A stretch of 63,031 nucleotides of DNA, filler included, from Octopus bimaculoides (Eukaryota), in assembly GCF_001194135.2 (NCBI RefSeq). It is 5 parts of 5 records of this genome, joined end to end, with 100 filler letters (N's around TTAATTAATTAA, not from the genome) between each part and the next. Parts side by side here need not be neighbours in the genome. Positions count along the whole stretch, not along the records: positions 59,660 to 63,031 come from NC_069007.1; 4 more parts are not named here. One strand, 5' to 3'. The notes beneath the pieces were generated by a model, which searched no databases, was not told the origin of the DNA, and worked only from the letters and a program-made list of their open reading frames with translations. The position numbers and the translations under genes were made by a program. The first letter of the stretch is position 1, and each line of letters opens with the position of its first letter. This document shows positions 62,386-63,031 of the stretch, piece by piece.

Positions 62386-62639
62386 AGAAGAATGTTATTT
62401 TGTAGTTTAGTAGCAACAAACTTCCTCAAATCTCAAGAATCTTTCTTAGGATTCTTGTAGAATACAGAATGGCATTTTTCAACTATACAAATCTTAATTC
62501 TGATTTCCTTGAGGCTCTCGGTTTGGGTCTTGTGCCAAATGCGCCAAATACCACAAGAATAATTGTTGTCTTAGTCTTCATCCTTCTTGTTAAATCCTGA
62601 TATTTCTTAGTTTGTTCAATGCTTTTGATATCTACACTA

Positions 62640-62990
62640 CGGCACTCCGTTGGTTACAATGACTAGGGTTCCAGTCGATCCGATCAATGGAACAGCCTGC
62701 TTGTGAAATTAATGTGCAAGCGGCTGAGCATTCCACAGACATGTGTACCCTTTAACATAGTTCTCCAGGAGGTTCAGCATGACACAGAGTGTGACAAGGT
62801 CGGCCCTTTGAAATACAGGTACAACAGAAAGAGTGAGAGAAAGTTGTGGTGAAAGAGTACAGCAGGGTTCGCCACCATCCCCTGCTGGAGCCTTGTGGAG
62901 CTTTAGGTTTTTTCGCTCTATAAACACTCACAATGTCCAATCTGGGAATCGAAACCGCGATCCTATGACCGTGAGTCATTGTACCACCAC
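62640..62990 (-). mobile_element. tRNA-derived SINE (fourth family)
   Basis: Minus-strand head gactcacggtcataggatcgcggtttcgattcccag; body tgtcatgctgaacctcctggagaactatgttaaagggtacac...ggctgttcc. Confidence 0.7.
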
Positions 62991-63031
62991 ATATCTACAC
63001 TATTATCACAAGGTATTGCACAATAGAATCT

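Noticed and set aside
1350-62419. Dozens of ORFs composed of [20 protein letters not shown] or X runs
   Set aside because: These are translations of dinucleotide and tetranucleotide microsatellites and N gaps, not proteins.

Overview
AT-rich, microsatellite- and gap-rich animal genomic DNA. The SINE, RTE and Penelope repertoire most resembles octopus (coleoid cephalopod) DNA; this is an inference from recalled repeat families, not a database search. The only host gene I can support is a minus-strand TSPEAR ortholog. Four phase-compatible GT-AG exons (27470-26878, 26164-26059, 23648-23514, 22473-22181) encode the TSPN/LamG domain, the linker and the first EAR/EPTP repeats. A candidate signal-peptide exon lies at 35136-35052. 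I did not find the remaining EAR exons. The gene ends about 70 bp from one of four artificial 100-nt scaffold spacers (44N-TTAATTAATTAA-44N), and the DNA beyond that spacer is strongly CpG-depleted, so it may be a different locus. The rest of the window is decayed mobile DNA: two abundant tRNA-derived SINE families, RTE, CR1-like, R4/Dong-like and Penelope fragments, and Tc1, mariner, pogo/Tigger, hAT and piggyBac-like elements and MITEs. The most notable observations are an intact-core type I hammerhead ribozyme in a repeat (4064-4108, minus strand) with decayed relatives, a twin-primed 5'-inverted RTE insertion with an 11-bp TSD, and inverted SINE pairs bracketing a 699-nt frame-preserving TSPEAR exon block. 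I found no rRNA, true tRNA or CRISPR array.
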